DNA of 64,000 nt, taken from NCBI GenBank assembly GCA_963722385.1, contig CAVRKK010000002.1:832001-896000 (forward strand), read 5' to 3'. A program made the translations under genes and the position numbers. Positions 28,813-39,607 of this stretch are shown in pieces. Each line of letters opens with the position of its first letter. Positions within the stretch are counted from its first letter, which is position 1. The stretch comes from an uncultured bacterium (lineage in GTDB: Bacteria; Babelota; Babeliae; Babelales; Babelaceae). Under the pieces are notes generated by a model that did not search any database, had not been told where the DNA came from, and worked only from the letters and a program-made list of their open reading frames with translations.

Positions 28813-29044
28813 TTTTAGATAATTCATGTAGACAGTTTATTTAAGTCAAAATTTAAATATGCTGCCTGTAACTATCCTATTTATTATGAGATGCTAAGTT
28901 CCGTTATTATTTTGAGCTTTAAAGCTGTTATTATTACTTGATAAATTTTTTTAGTTTGTTAAAATTTAAAATTATTATACGCAATAAACGATAAAGGCAC
29001 CTCAACGTTTACGGACCGAAATATTCTTGATAATGGAATTAAAC

Positions 29045-30517
29045 ATGGTGCGAAACAAAAGCACATTGCTTGCAATCCTATTGAGCTTTTTTACGCTTTC
29101 TGGAATGGAAGCGCCTAAAAAAAAGAATAAATCTCGTATAGGTACGGTGGTGCGTTATGCACGCAAGCACAAGATGCGTGAGATTGCCCAGAAACTAGAA
29201 CAAGCAATGAGCAACGACAATCAAAAAATGATTCGCCAGCTATTTGGATTGCTTGAGATACTTAAAGAAAAGCCATCAGAACACATAGCAGAAGAATTCT
29301 CCCAAGTGCCAGCAAGAATATTGGTGAATATGCTGTTTGCTCAGGGCCACAGGGAACTTGGTCACGACCTTATTAACGCTTATGCTACCAATGATGAAAA
29401 AAGAATTAAGGAAATCACTGATGGTATTGTTATTGTTGAACATGAAGGCGGTCTACGGTCATTATTAAGCGCCCTTGAGTCTCAGAATATCAGCATTCTT
29501 CAAGGTCTGTTGTTTGATGGTGTGGTTTCTGATGCGGTGATGACAGCAATCGCGAGCGAAGCCGTTTATCAAGAAAAGCTCACGGTTGCCGAGTGGCTTT
29601 TTGAGCACGGTGTACGTTTTCTATCTATTAGATCAGAAAAGTTGAGCACGGCGAGCCTGCTATGGTTATATCAACATGGTAACGTTGTGTCAGTTAATTC
29701 TCAGGAATCAATAAGCTTGCCATGTCTTTGCTATGCAATAATGAGGAATAACGAAGATTTTGTACGTATGGGCATCCAGTATATGCGCCAATATAGACGT
29801 CTCAGAAATAAAAATCAAGTAGACGATGCATTAGTAACGGCCGTTGGTCTGGGAAAGCTAGCATATGTCAAAATGATCTTGAGTGAGTTTGGCAGCGACT
29901 TTAGGCCCTCGGTACAAGCCTTATGTGTAACCAGAGCAGCTGCTCTTGGCTATAGCGATGTTTTAGCATTTCTTCTTAAGAGCTTTGAGGTACCCGATAA
30001 CATTCTTGGTGATGCTCTCACGATAGCCGCATCGCGAAAGCACGATGAGACCGTAAAATTTATTCTAAAAAATTACCGAGATCGGGTTATTCGTTTTTTA
30101 AGTAGCGCTTTTGCAAAAGCGGTGATGAGAGGAAATAAAAATATCGCAGCTGCTATCCTTGACCAAGCACGGCTTCATGAAAATAACGAGCTTTTATCGA
30201 CCTGGGAAGAGCCTTTTCAACTTGCTTTATATACCGCTGGCACCCATGAAAGCTGGGGCCTCTTTTTTTGGGTTCTTGATCAAGCACTTTCCCATGGGTT
30301 CACGATAGAATGCTTGCGGGATTATTTTACTGAAATTTTACAAGATACCTCGCTTACGCCAGCCCTCAAAAGCAAAATCCATACAATGCAAAGGTTTCTC
30401 GAGCAAACTCAGCTCGATCAATCGATGCTGTATGGCCACCTCGCCGCATGTCCTCAACCCGTTGTGCGGAAAGTATTACGTAATTATCTGCTCAATAATA
30501 TTGATATCATCTCTTAG
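29045..30517 (+). CDS. Secreted ankyrin-like repeat protein
   Basis: Signal ending LSG-ME; degenerate repeats ALVTAVGLGKLAYVKMIL, AAALGYSDVLAFLL, ALTIAASRKHDETVKFIL. Confidence 0.75.
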   Translation: MVRNKSTLLAILLSFFTLSGMEAPKKKNKSRIGTVVRYARKHKMREIAQKLEQAMSNDNQKMIRQLFGLLEILKEKPSEHIAEEFSQVPARILVNMLFAQGHRELGHDLINAYATNDEKRIKEITDGIVIVEHEGGLRSLLSALESQNISILQGLLFDGVVSDAVMTAIASEAVYQEKLTVAEWLFEHGVRFLSIRSEKLSTASLLWLYQHGNVVSVNSQESISLPCLCYAIMRNNEDFVRMGIQYMRQYRRLRNKNQVDDALVTAVGLGKLAYVKMILSEFGSDFRPSVQALCVTRAAALGYSDVLAFLLKSFEVPDNILGDALTIAASRKHDETVKFILKNYRDRVIRFLSSAFAKAVMRGNKNIAAAILDQARLHENNELLSTWEEPFQLALYTAGTHESWGLFFWVLDQALSHGFTIECLRDYFTEILQDTSLTPALKSKIHTMQRFLEQTQLDQSMLYGHLAACPQPVVRKVLRNYLLNNIDIIS

Positions 30518-30713
30518 CTGATTTCTTTAAAAACTGGGAGCTTTCTTATTCTTGAGCTTCACGAAGAAACCGACCGTGGCAACAGGTGACGTTTCTAAAC
30601 TTGAATTCTACTATTGATAGGTATTGAAACGCGTCAACTAATAAAAAGACTTGACTTGCAATAGCGGCTTGTTAAGGTAAATACACTTTTTAACTTTACG
30701 AAGGAGAACTAAT

Positions 30714-32058
30714 ATGAAGCAGCTTAAAGTACTCGCGCTATGTCTCGTTTGTTATACAAGTTATTCGTACGATGGTCAGGTAGATCCATCTTTTGGAAAT
30801 AACGGGACAACCATTACTCGTTTTAGTCAAAAAAATGATGTTCTTTGGAAAATAAGACTCCAGAAGGATGATAAAATTATAGCTGCGGCTTCGTTGGGAG
30901 GTCAATTTAATACGGCGTTTGCCGTGGCTCGCTACACTAAAAATGGGACTCTAGACAAATCATTCAATGCATTGGGAAAAACGCCAGGATTGGCTATTCC
31001 TGAGTTTGGGAGGTTTGATACCGCCCAAGCACATTCAGCTATCGTTCAACCCGATGGGAAAATTGTCGTTGCAGGATATGCTGTTACCAATTATCCAGCC
31101 ACGGGTCTTGCATTAGCTAGGTACTATCAAAATGGAACATTGGACAAATCATTCAATGCTGAAAAAACACCCGGAACGGCGCTTACCAGTTGCTGTAAAA
31201 ATGGTAGTGACCAAGGGTATTCGGTAGCTCTTCAAAAAGATGGCAAAATTGTTGTTGGGGGGAAACAATCTTAGTGCTATCGAAGTTGCTCGGTACAATT
31301 CGAATGGTACCCTGGATACATCATTTAATGCTGAAGGAAAATTTGGCGCACAACCTGGCACCGTGATCACGAGTTTTGGGAATTTCTCTCCTTTTGGCTT
31401 GGGGCTTGTTATTCAGCCAGATAGCAAAATTGTTATTGCAGGTTACTTAAATGGCCTTTTCGCAACGGAAATTCAGTATGTTATAGTCCGTTATAATCCT
31501 GATGGCACGCTTGATACCTCTTTTAATGCTCACAAAACTCCTGGTTTTTTAATTGATAGCTTTGGTAATAGCTACCCAACCAATCAAGTGAACGATATGA
31601 TACTGCTTAAAAATGGCAAAATTTTTGTTGTAGGTTGGGTCTCAAGCGGTATCAATAGCCTTGCAATTGCCTCGTACAACAGTGATGGAAGCGTTGATAC
31701 TACATTTAATCCAAAAGGAATCGGTGCAAGGGTTGGTGCTGTCATAGGAAACTTTGGTATGGCCGGTTCGGATACCAAAGCAGAGGCTGTGCTCGAGCAG
31801 GGAGATGGCAAGATTGTAGTTGGTGGACAAGGAAGCAACTTGTTTGATCAAAATAATCAGTTTTTCGTCACACGTTATTACGCCAATGGGACGCTCGACC
31901 AATCTTTTGGTCAACAAGGACTAGTCTTAACTAATTTAGGAGGACTAGACGATACAATTTTAAGTCTTGCTTTTGATTCGCAAGAAAACATTGTTGCTGG
32001 AGGCATAACAGGAAGCCGCGGCGATTATGGGTTTGGATTAACTCGATACCTAGATTAG
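30714..32058 (+). pseudogene. Delta-60 repeat beta-propeller protein, split by a frameshift in a G6 run
   Basis: Repeats QxDGKIVxAG...LARYxxNGTLDxSF in both ORFs; G5 instead of G6 at 31257-31262 would join them. Confidence 0.85.
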
Positions 32059-32274
32059 GGCGTATATTTTATATTTTTTGCAAGAGCCAGATTATGAGCA
32101 AGAATTATAATGCTTTTAAAGAAAGTTTTTTTTGTGTTGTGGGAGTATTGCGATGAAAATGTATCGCTATTTTTTTGTTTTTTCTAGCGGGGTTCAGCTG
32201 GAACAGGCTTTGCCTTAGCACGATATTTAGATAGCATAGATTAGCTTTGGCATAATGGAGGACGAGAAATATCC

Positions 32275-35200
32275 TCACGTAGGCAGGCTGAGCGTTTTCT
32301 TACCTTGAGATTCAAGAAGAAGGTTAACGTTATCGACGTATGATATTTCTAAATCTTTAACTCTACTATTGAACTGATCTCTAAATGCGTCAATTAAAGT
32401 ATTTCCTTTACCGAAGGGATCAGCTTTGCCAATGTCCCCCGCCTCCTTCTCAATCATTGATTCAAGAGCTATGAGATCAGCCACTTGACGACGATACACA
32501 TCGATAGTGTCGCGCGCCGTTTGGATCAATTTGTCAGCGGTTGGTTTCTCTTGTGTTCCCTCTTTAGCACCCCAAATTAAATTCCAGATGCCATCGAGGA
32601 TGCCGGTATTTTCCCGTGCTACATCAGCCATAATTTTGGTAGCTATGTCAACAAGAACACTGTTGTATTCTATTTGGGCGCGGCGTGCTTCGATATGGCA
32701 TTTAAGCATACGGCGATAGTCTCGCGTTAAGTTCTTTTTGGTAAGCCACCGATTTAAGAAAAGCCGACCTTTGAGCGCTTCTTCTTTTTGCTTAAAGCCA
32801 GCTTCTACAGCAGTCGCTCGCGCATTGGGTTCAATGCCAAGCTGCGCATAAAGCTCTTCTTGTGCTTTAGTAGCCCACGCTATTTTTTGATCAACGCCCT
32901 CTTTTACTTTTTCTGCGTTCCTGACCATATTGGTGACCTCAGAAGAAAACAAGCTTTTCATTTTCTCAACGGCTTTATTCCAAAGTCCAGGATCTTTTTG
33001 AATATATTCAGGCACATAGCCTGCTTTAAAAAGAAGCTCGTTTAATTTTTCATAATCTTGTTCGGTTGGCTTCAGGGTCGCATAAAGAAGGTACAAGCTC
33101 GCTCCTGCACCGGCGCCAGCAAAGAGAGCAGCAATATCGCCTGTCACACCGCCCACCATGCTTCCAATAGTTGCCCCAGCAACGGTTCCTACGGGTCCAA
33201 TGGCGCTTCCCAGGGTTCCGCCGATTATCGGTGCTCCCGCCTGCACCGTTATTTTAGTGGCAAAGAAAGCAACAACAGCGGCGGGAATTGCGCTGTACCA
33301 TGCTACTTTACTGGCAGTCTCTTTACCAGCAATCATCGCTTGCTTCCAGCGAGCAGCAAGATCAGCTAAGCTGGCATTAACGGCACTTTTCAACTTGGTA
33401 TAGATATCTTTGACCTCTTCAGTAATAGTTGCCTCATCAGCGGTAAAAACTGCCTCAGGATCAGAGAGGCCAATAATTCGCATAATCCAGGTTGTTAAGC
33501 CAGCTGCCTTGCGTGTTTCCGCCTGCTCTTTTTGAGGTAACGACTCAATATAAGCTTCACTTTCAACAAGTGACTCAAAATAGGGATTGACTGATTCCTT
33601 TCTTAACTCGGCACGTGCTACGGAGAGCAAATCACTTATATCATTGAGCAATTCTGTTTTATCAATTTTGGCCAGTGGCGGCGGGTTATTGATAGCAGTA
33701 GTATTAACAACACCAGAAACTGCTTCTTCAACTTTGTTTTCGAGAATGTTTCTACGATAGAGATACTGAAGAACATCAACCTGATCATCAAGAATAAGCA
33801 ACTGCAGTCTATAAGCCTCTGCAATTTCGATAGGTCGCCCCGTAGGGCTGAGTCTCTGAAGGCTTGGCTCTATACCAGAAGCATGCTGCTTTTGATATTC
33901 ATCAAGCTGCTTTGCGCGGCGCTCAATGTCGCTTAGAGTATCAACAATGCTTACTAAATATAGCCCACGATCACTTGGCCTATAATATGTTTGACCTTCT
34001 CGTACATCACGAATCAAAAAGCCACTTTTTTCTAAATCATCAAGCTGCTGTGCTGAGAGTTTCTCAAAATGATAAGCAAGCCTTTTAATAAAGTCCGCCA
34101 CCTGCAGCAAATCGTACTCTTTGCCATCAATCGTTGCTTTTGGCTCACGCACGAGACTCGTAAGCTTATCCAATGCTTCTTGTTGCTTCTTCATAGCCTC
34201 AAGACGATCGGTAAATATTTTTTCTTGATCATAATCGAGGGAAACAGGAATGCCAGCAAAAGCTTTGGTTACGGTTACATACACTTGGCCAATAGTTGCT
34301 TTTTCTTGCTCGCTTAATTGAGCAGACGCCTTGGTTAATGCGTTATAGGCGTCAGCTGCATCGATAATATCCGTCCATGCCTCTACCTGCCCATAGGTAC
34401 GTTGAAACTCTGGTACCATCCCTTCGGGTACTGCATGTTCTGTTATTGCTTCAAGCTCCTGCTTCTGCTGTCCAAGTTCTTTGCCATGGGCTGTGATATT
34501 GGCGAGATCAGATTTTGTAAGCTCTGGCAATATTTCGTTGAACCGGTCTCTTATCGCTACGAGACGCTTAACATTCGTTTGAAGTACTTCTTTTCGAGGC
34601 CCAAGGGCTTTTTCGATTTGTTCGGTGAGACTATTTAAGTTTGTAAGATCAGCTGATTCGCTCAGTAAATCTTTTAAGCTATAACTTTTATCTTTCTCCT
34701 CGATGAGTGGCTGGGTAAGGTTTACGTAGATAGCCTCTAAGTTATCATAAAGCTCTTTAAGCCTTTTTGGATCAGTCGTTTTGCTCATTTGCTCAAGTGT
34801 GCTCGTAGCTTCTTGATTCATCCCAGCGAGCATATCTTCAGGAAGCGCAGACAGCCGATTGAAAAGCTTGCTTTGTTCCTCTTCTTTTGACTCAAATTCT
34901 ATATCATGCTCGAGAACACCCATGATGCCGCCTTCATCGACCAGCGTGTCGAGCACCTTAAAAATAGCCTTATTGAGCTTGTTAAAAAGTTGCTTATTGG
35001 CTTGTGTTTCTGGCAAATCCTTTTGTTCATTCATAAAATCGTTAACGCGAGAAAGCCTTCGTGCCGCTGCTTGAAATTCTGGGTCTGTTTTGCTGGCGCC
35101 ATTCTTCTTGGTAAAAATTAAATATTTATTGAGCAAGTCCACTTCTTTAACATAAGCATTCAGGTATAATGCTTCTTTCTGCTCTTCTGTTTGGCCAGGT

Positions 35201-36333
35201 TGCGTAAGCGGTGAAATATCGCGTGTTAAACTATGATTGCTTAATTCGTTCGACAAAAGTCGATTCGCGGTAATAACGAATATATGAGAAAGCTTGGGCA
35301 TTTGCTTGGATAAAGTTTCGGCTTTCTCACTTTCCGCTATATCCTTGAGCGTACTTAGTCCCTGTTCAAATGATAAAGCGTCAACCGGTTTAGTTATTTT
35401 TTCAATAATTTCTGCTAAAGCATTTTGAATGGCGTGATGGTGAATTTCAGATAACATAAGGCCCTTAGAGATGCCTAAATAATCGCTTATTACGTCAGTA
35501 AAATTTTGCGAAATATTTGAAGAGCCTTCTTTAAGTCCAGCAGTCTGTAAGTAATCAATGATTTTCCGAGTAATCATGATTTCTATTGAATTTTTAAATT
35601 GAGGGCCTACCTTAATTTTTTTGAGAATTGTTATAATCAATTCATTCACTTGTTCAGGCTCCTGATTTTTAAATTGGCTGTTTTCGATAACTTGATCTAA
35701 CTTTTTAGCGAGGGCTTTGATGATTTGGCCATAATCGTGATCAGCTTCATCAGGCGTAAAATAATTTTTATTTTTCATGTCAAGAGCTTGCTGAGCTATA
35801 AGCGAGAGTGCATCTATGCTTTGATTAGCACCAAAGCTTGCAGGCAATTTCTCCACAATTTCAATTATATGCTGTGCTCGTTCTTCGGGAGGGGTAGCGA
35901 CAAACAAAGCGCCTCCTTTGCCCCAAATCCTGCCAGGTTGTTCCGCAAATGTTTCCCAAGCTTTTTGCCAACTTGTTATATCTGATGCTTGGAGAACTTC
36001 TTGTTCACTGCCAGCTTTTGCGACTACAATTGGCACCTGATTAGACGGTGTTGATGGGGGAAAAGCAGGAACTGCTTTTGATTCTTCTTCAGAGACCTCT
36101 TTAAGCTGCTGAGCAATTTGCTTTTGCTGGCCTTCGATTTTTGAAACTTCTTCTGGTTTGTTTTCTCGTTGAGCTAAAAGTAATCTTTGCTCAAGTTGTC
36201 CTTGTTCCTTTTCTAAATGAGCTTTCCTGGCCGATAGCTCTTCTGGAGTCTCAGCATCTTGGGCTTGTGTTAGCGGAACAAGTAAACTAAAACATAAGAA
36301 AGCTGAAATGAAAATTAGGCTGAGCTGCTTCAT
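32275..36333 (-). CDS. Large secreted alpha-helical glycine-zipper protein, paralog B (1352 aa)
   Basis: Same length as, and colinear with, 9585-13643. Confidence 0.85.
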   Translation of the reverse strand: MKQLSLIFISAFLCFSLLVPLTQAQDAETPEELSARKAHLEKEQGQLEQRLLLAQRENKPEEVSKIEGQQKQIAQQLKEVSEEESKAVPAFPPSTPSNQVPIVVAKAGSEQEVLQASDITSWQKAWETFAEQPGRIWGKGGALFVATPPEERAQHIIEIVEKLPASFGANQSIDALSLIAQQALDMKNKNYFTPDEADHDYGQIIKALAKKLDQVIENSQFKNQEPEQVNELIITILKKIKVGPQFKNSIEIMITRKIIDYLQTAGLKEGSSNISQNFTDVISDYLGISKGLMLSEIHHHAIQNALAEIIEKITKPVDALSFEQGLSTLKDIAESEKAETLSKQMPKLSHIFVITANRLLSNELSNHSLTRDISPLTQPGQTEEQKEALYLNAYVKEVDLLNKYLIFTKKNGASKTDPEFQAAARRLSRVNDFMNEQKDLPETQANKQLFNKLNKAIFKVLDTLVDEGGIMGVLEHDIEFESKEEEQSKLFNRLSALPEDMLAGMNQEATSTLEQMSKTTDPKRLKELYDNLEAIYVNLTQPLIEEKDKSYSLKDLLSESADLTNLNSLTEQIEKALGPRKEVLQTNVKRLVAIRDRFNEILPELTKSDLANITAHGKELGQQKQELEAITEHAVPEGMVPEFQRTYGQVEAWTDIIDAADAYNALTKASAQLSEQEKATIGQVYVTVTKAFAGIPVSLDYDQEKIFTDRLEAMKKQQEALDKLTSLVREPKATIDGKEYDLLQVADFIKRLAYHFEKLSAQQLDDLEKSGFLIRDVREGQTYYRPSDRGLYLVSIVDTLSDIERRAKQLDEYQKQHASGIEPSLQRLSPTGRPIEIAEAYRLQLLILDDQVDVLQYLYRRNILENKVEEAVSGVVNTTAINNPPPLAKIDKTELLNDISDLLSVARAELRKESVNPYFESLVESEAYIESLPQKEQAETRKAAGLTTWIMRIIGLSDPEAVFTADEATITEEVKDIYTKLKSAVNASLADLAARWKQAMIAGKETASKVAWYSAIPAAVVAFFATKITVQAGAPIIGGTLGSAIGPVGTVAGATIGSMVGGVTGDIAALFAGAGAGASLYLLYATLKPTEQDYEKLNELLFKAGYVPEYIQKDPGLWNKAVEKMKSLFSSEVTNMVRNAEKVKEGVDQKIAWATKAQEELYAQLGIEPNARATAVEAGFKQKEEALKGRLFLNRWLTKKNLTRDYRRMLKCHIEARRAQIEYNSVLVDIATKIMADVARENTGILDGIWNLIWGAKEGTQEKPTADKLIQTARDTIDVYRRQVADLIALESMIEKEAGDIGKADPFGKGNTLIDAFRDQFNSRVKDLEISYVDNVNLLLESQGKKTLSLPT

Positions 36334-36458
36334 TACGCACTCCTGATTTTAATTTGCTATTTACAAATAATCATAACTAATATTTAGCATGAATTGCAAT
36401 ATAAAAAAGGCCAGCACATAAAGTGCTGGCTTAAAGATCAACTAAGACTTGAAGTAAA

Positions 36459-37262
36459 TTACAAACCAACAAGGCTTCTAAGGCCGCTCAACCATCCTTT
36501 ACCGTAGCTTTGTTGGGCTGTCAAGATGGCCCTAGCCATGCTTGGCCCTCTTCTTCCTGCCGTATCGGGATTAATAACCATATCAGCTGTACGATTTCCG
36601 TCGCTATCAAAGCTCCGGATATTGGGGTTCGCACCCTTTTCAATCAAAAAATTTACGGCTAAGCTCTCTCCTTGGGCTACCGCATAATGCAGTGCTGTCC
36701 AGCCTCTGTCATCTTGCGCATCGATATCAGCCCACAAACTTAAAAGAACCCTTTTTTCGGGTAAATCATGTTCAACAGCGTATTGTAATGCTGTTTGACC
36801 ATTAGGACCACGGCCTTCAAGAGCTTTTATATTATAAGAAATCAGCAGCCTTAAAAGCTCTTCACGATCAGTAAATTTCTGAAGTATAATGAAAATTGGC
36901 GGAAATCCTTGAGCGTTTTTAATCAAAGGATCTGCGCCTTTTTGAAGGAGATCCTTGATTATTTGGCGATTAGAGCCTCCTACTGCTTCTAAGAGTGGTG
37001 TATTGCCCGTTTCTGGGTCTCGGTAGTTAATGATATCAGATGTCGCCTTAGTTAAGGCATAAATGAGATCCGTATCTTCGTCACTAACCGCTTGGATAAG
37101 CTTTCTGCCCTGTTCCGCTTCCTCAGGGGAGTATTCTTTTGCACTCGTTTCCTCATCGCTGCTTGATTCATGACCAGGGGCTTCCATCCCGGTCGCTTGC
37201 CAGCTACCCAGAGCGAGCACTACAGATAGACCTATGATTCCGAGAATTTTTCTCATGTCCAT
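36459..37262 (-). CDS. Secreted ankyrin repeat protein, paralog B
   Basis: Same length (267 aa) as, and colinear with, 8657-9460. Confidence 0.92.
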   Translation of the reverse strand: MDMRKILGIIGLSVVLALGSWQATGMEAPGHESSSDEETSAKEYSPEEAEQGRKLIQAVSDEDTDLIYALTKATSDIINYRDPETGNTPLLEAVGGSNRQIIKDLLQKGADPLIKNAQGFPPIFIILQKFTDREELLRLLISYNIKALEGRGPNGQTALQYAVEHDLPEKRVLLSLWADIDAQDDRGWTALHYAVAQGESLAVNFLIEKGANPNIRSFDSDGNRTADMVINPDTAGRRGPSMARAILTAQQSYGKGWLSGLRSLVGL

Positions 37263-37470
37263 AACAATCCTTTCAGTTTATATAATAAAAGATAAATATA
37301 TCCATCAAACTAGCACGTTTATTAGTATTTGACAATTTTTTAAATAATCTAGTGATATTATTTCTGATAATAACAAATTTTATTGTCAGATGCCAACAAA
37401 ATGAAGCGTGCCGCCATATTTGAGCCCACCAGCCAAATTGAGAGCACTATCTTGTTAAAGAAGGATAATA

Positions 37471-38244
37471 TTAAAGCTTTAAAACCTCTCTGTAAAGGAG
37501 CACGTTTGAACAAAGGCTCTTCAATTCTTCCAATTTTCGTGCATAGTTTAAAATAAGGGGAATTTTTACAAGAGGGTAAGGGCTAGCAAAAGAAACACGC
37601 CAAGCAGATTTAGTCAAATATTCCTTTTGTAGAACTAGCTGATCAGCCTTATCTATTTCTTCATCAGCAAGAATACGATCTGCTAGCTTCACTATATATT
37701 CACCTACACTTATAATGTCAGCAATGATATTTTTATATTCCGAAGGAAATTCTTCTTTCTTGATTTTTATTTGTAAAAAATTTTTATAAGCGGCTTCTAG
37801 TTTAATAATTAATTCTGGTGCGATTCCTGCTACGATTTCTCCTTCATGAAAAAACTCTATGGCATATCTTTTGCTAGGTGAAAATATCCAAACATTATCT
37901 CCCTGATAATCAAGGGTATTTTGTAGAAAGGTAATAGCATCTTTCGCTTCTGTTTTTACAGCTGGTAAAGAACCGTTATCCCAAATTATATATACGCAAT
38001 TGTCTGCTTCCGCAATGTTGATACCGTGCTGATCTAGAAATTGATATATTTGTTCTAGAAGGGGTTTTTCAAGATCAATCAATGTTTTCTCATTCACTTT
38101 TTCCCAATTTACCCTTCCCCATAAAACAAAAGGGAACATTTTGGTTAAAACTTCATCAACTTCATTTGTGCTTGATTGCGAAAGTATCGTTCTTTTTCTC
38201 GGATCAATTTCATTCATATAATCCTCAAACAAAGTGGACATCAT
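37471..38244 (-). CDS. CdiI-like immunity protein with constant C-terminal extension
   Basis: TLFED..FPFVLWGRVNW..YIIWDNGSLPAVKT..VWIF..IEFFHEG; directly follows the orphan toxin tip; AAGGAG RBS. Confidence 0.75.
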   Translation of the reverse strand: MMSTLFEDYMNEIDPRKRTILSQSSTNEVDEVLTKMFPFVLWGRVNWEKVNEKTLIDLEKPLLEQIYQFLDQHGINIAEADNCVYIIWDNGSLPAVKTEAKDAITFLQNTLDYQGDNVWIFSPSKRYAIEFFHEGEIVAGIAPELIIKLEAAYKNFLQIKIKKEEFPSEYKNIIADIISVGEYIVKLADRILADEEIDKADQLVLQKEYLTKSAWRVSFASPYPLVKIPLILNYARKLEELKSLCSNVLLYREVLKL

Positions 38245-38271
38245 CAGCTCCTTATATAACTAATTTTTTAA

Positions 38272-38460
38272 TTATTTATTAAGATGCGTTAATAAGTTGA
38301 GAACAGTGTTTAAGTCTCCTTCGAATGGAATAGCAATGTTTACACCGCCATTTCCTTTTTTACCAAGCCGAAAATCAACCACATTAATATGAGGCCCTTT
38401 CGTAGGATCCCAATCAAGCCTAAAATGAGCTTTGCAACCTACCATTTCCATTCCAACAAT
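38272..38460 (-). pseudogene. Orphan toxin C-terminal tip (not in the ORF track)
   Basis: IVGMEMVGCKAHFRLDWDPTKGPHINVVDFRLGKKGNGGVNIAIPFEGDLNTVLNLLTHLNK*; homologous to the tip of 39999-41720. Confidence 0.85.
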
Positions 38461-38807
38461 CTTTCGTTGTTGCTTTTTAAAGCTGCAATATACTGATCAA
38501 TTTTCTTATCATCGAGCACGTGATTTGGCTCGTCGAGCTCCTCAAGTTCATTCATTACGCTCGCAATAGAATCACATTCATTATCTGCATAGTCGAATAG
38601 TTCTGAAAACCATACTACGTTAACCCAATTAAGCAAAAATTCCTTGTTGATTTTTCCTAATTTATATTTGCTCAGCAAATTAATAACATGCTTACTTGCG
38701 ATTATTACGGATGCAGCTTTTTCTCTATCGCGAGGAAGTAGTTGAAAAAGCTCTTCTTTTGAAAGTTCTAAGTCTCTAAATTTTTCTAATGCGCTACTTA
38801 TCTGCAT
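38439..38807 (-). CDS. Small acidic helical protein, probable unrelated orphan immunity protein
   Basis: 122 aa, low GC, inside the immunity array; function inferred from position only. Confidence 0.55.
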   Translation of the reverse strand: MQISSALEKFRDLELSKEELFQLLPRDREKAASVIIASKHVINLLSKYKLGKINKEFLLNWVNVVWFSELFDYADNECDSIASVMNELEELDEPNHVLDDKKIDQYIAALKSNNERLLEWKW

Positions 38808-38841
38808 TAATACCTTGTTTATTGGTAAAAGAAGGGTAATG

Positions 38842-39585
38842 CTACAATTTTAAAACCTCTCTGTAAAGGAGCACGTTTGAACAAACGTTCTTCAATTCTT
38901 CCATTTTTCGCGCATAGTCTAAGACAGGAGGAATTTTTACAAGGGGACAAGGGTTAGCAAGAGGAACGCGCCAAGCAGATTTAGTCAAGTACTCCTTTCG
39001 TAGAACAAGCTGATCAGCATTATCTATTTCTTCATGAGCAAGAATACGTGCTGCTAGCACTGCTATATGTTCCCCCGCGCTTATAATGTCGGTAATAATA
39101 TTTCTATACTCAAGAGGGAATTCTTCTTTTTTTATTTTGGTTTGCAAAAAAGTTTTGTAAGCCGCTTCCAGTTTAATATTTAAATCTGGTGCAACTCCAA
39201 TAGTAATACCTCCTATATTGTAATATTCAATCGCATACCTAGATATAGGGCAAAAAATCCATGTACGTGAACCAAGTATAGTAATAGTATCGATCTCCCA
39301 GAGAAACTTCGTTAACTTTGCTTTACAAGGAAATGTTTCAGCATTATCCCATAGGGCAATAGTTTCCATATTTGCATTAGGTACCAACATATTAACTGTG
39401 GTAATTACTTCTTCGATCGTATCAACCTCTACCTTTTTGTCTATTTTTTCCCAGTCGATTGCAGAGAACAGAAAAGGGAAAAGTACCTCAAAAATAGTGA
39501 AAATTTTTTCGTCTTCTTCTCCTCGAATAACTTGAACATCGTTCCCTATTTCTTCAATAACTTCGTCAAATAAAGTGTTTTCCAT
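38842..39585 (-). CDS. CdiI-like immunity protein with constant C-terminal extension
   Basis: TLFDEVIEEIG..FPF..IDW..ALWDNAETFP..TWIF..IEY; last ~115 aa strongly similar to 37471-38244. Confidence 0.75.
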   Translation of the reverse strand: MENTLFDEVIEEIGNDVQVIRGEEDEKIFTIFEVLFPFLFSAIDWEKIDKKVEVDTIEEVITTVNMLVPNANMETIALWDNAETFPCKAKLTKFLWEIDTITILGSRTWIFCPISRYAIEYYNIGGITIGVAPDLNIKLEAAYKTFLQTKIKKEEFPLEYRNIITDIISAGEHIAVLAARILAHEEIDNADQLVLRKEYLTKSAWRVPLANPCPLVKIPPVLDYARKMEELKNVCSNVLLYREVLKL

Positions 39586-39607
39586 ATAATGCCCTCAGGT
39601 AGCTTCT

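Larger units (their letters stand above)
32275..37408 (-). repeat. Inverted duplication, copy B
   Basis: Reverse complement of 8510-13643. Confidence 0.95.

Noticed and set aside
8657..37262. Diversity-generating retroelement explaining the paralog differences
   Set aside because: The differences I checked in the ankyrin pair are not adenine-specific, and no reverse transcriptase is present.
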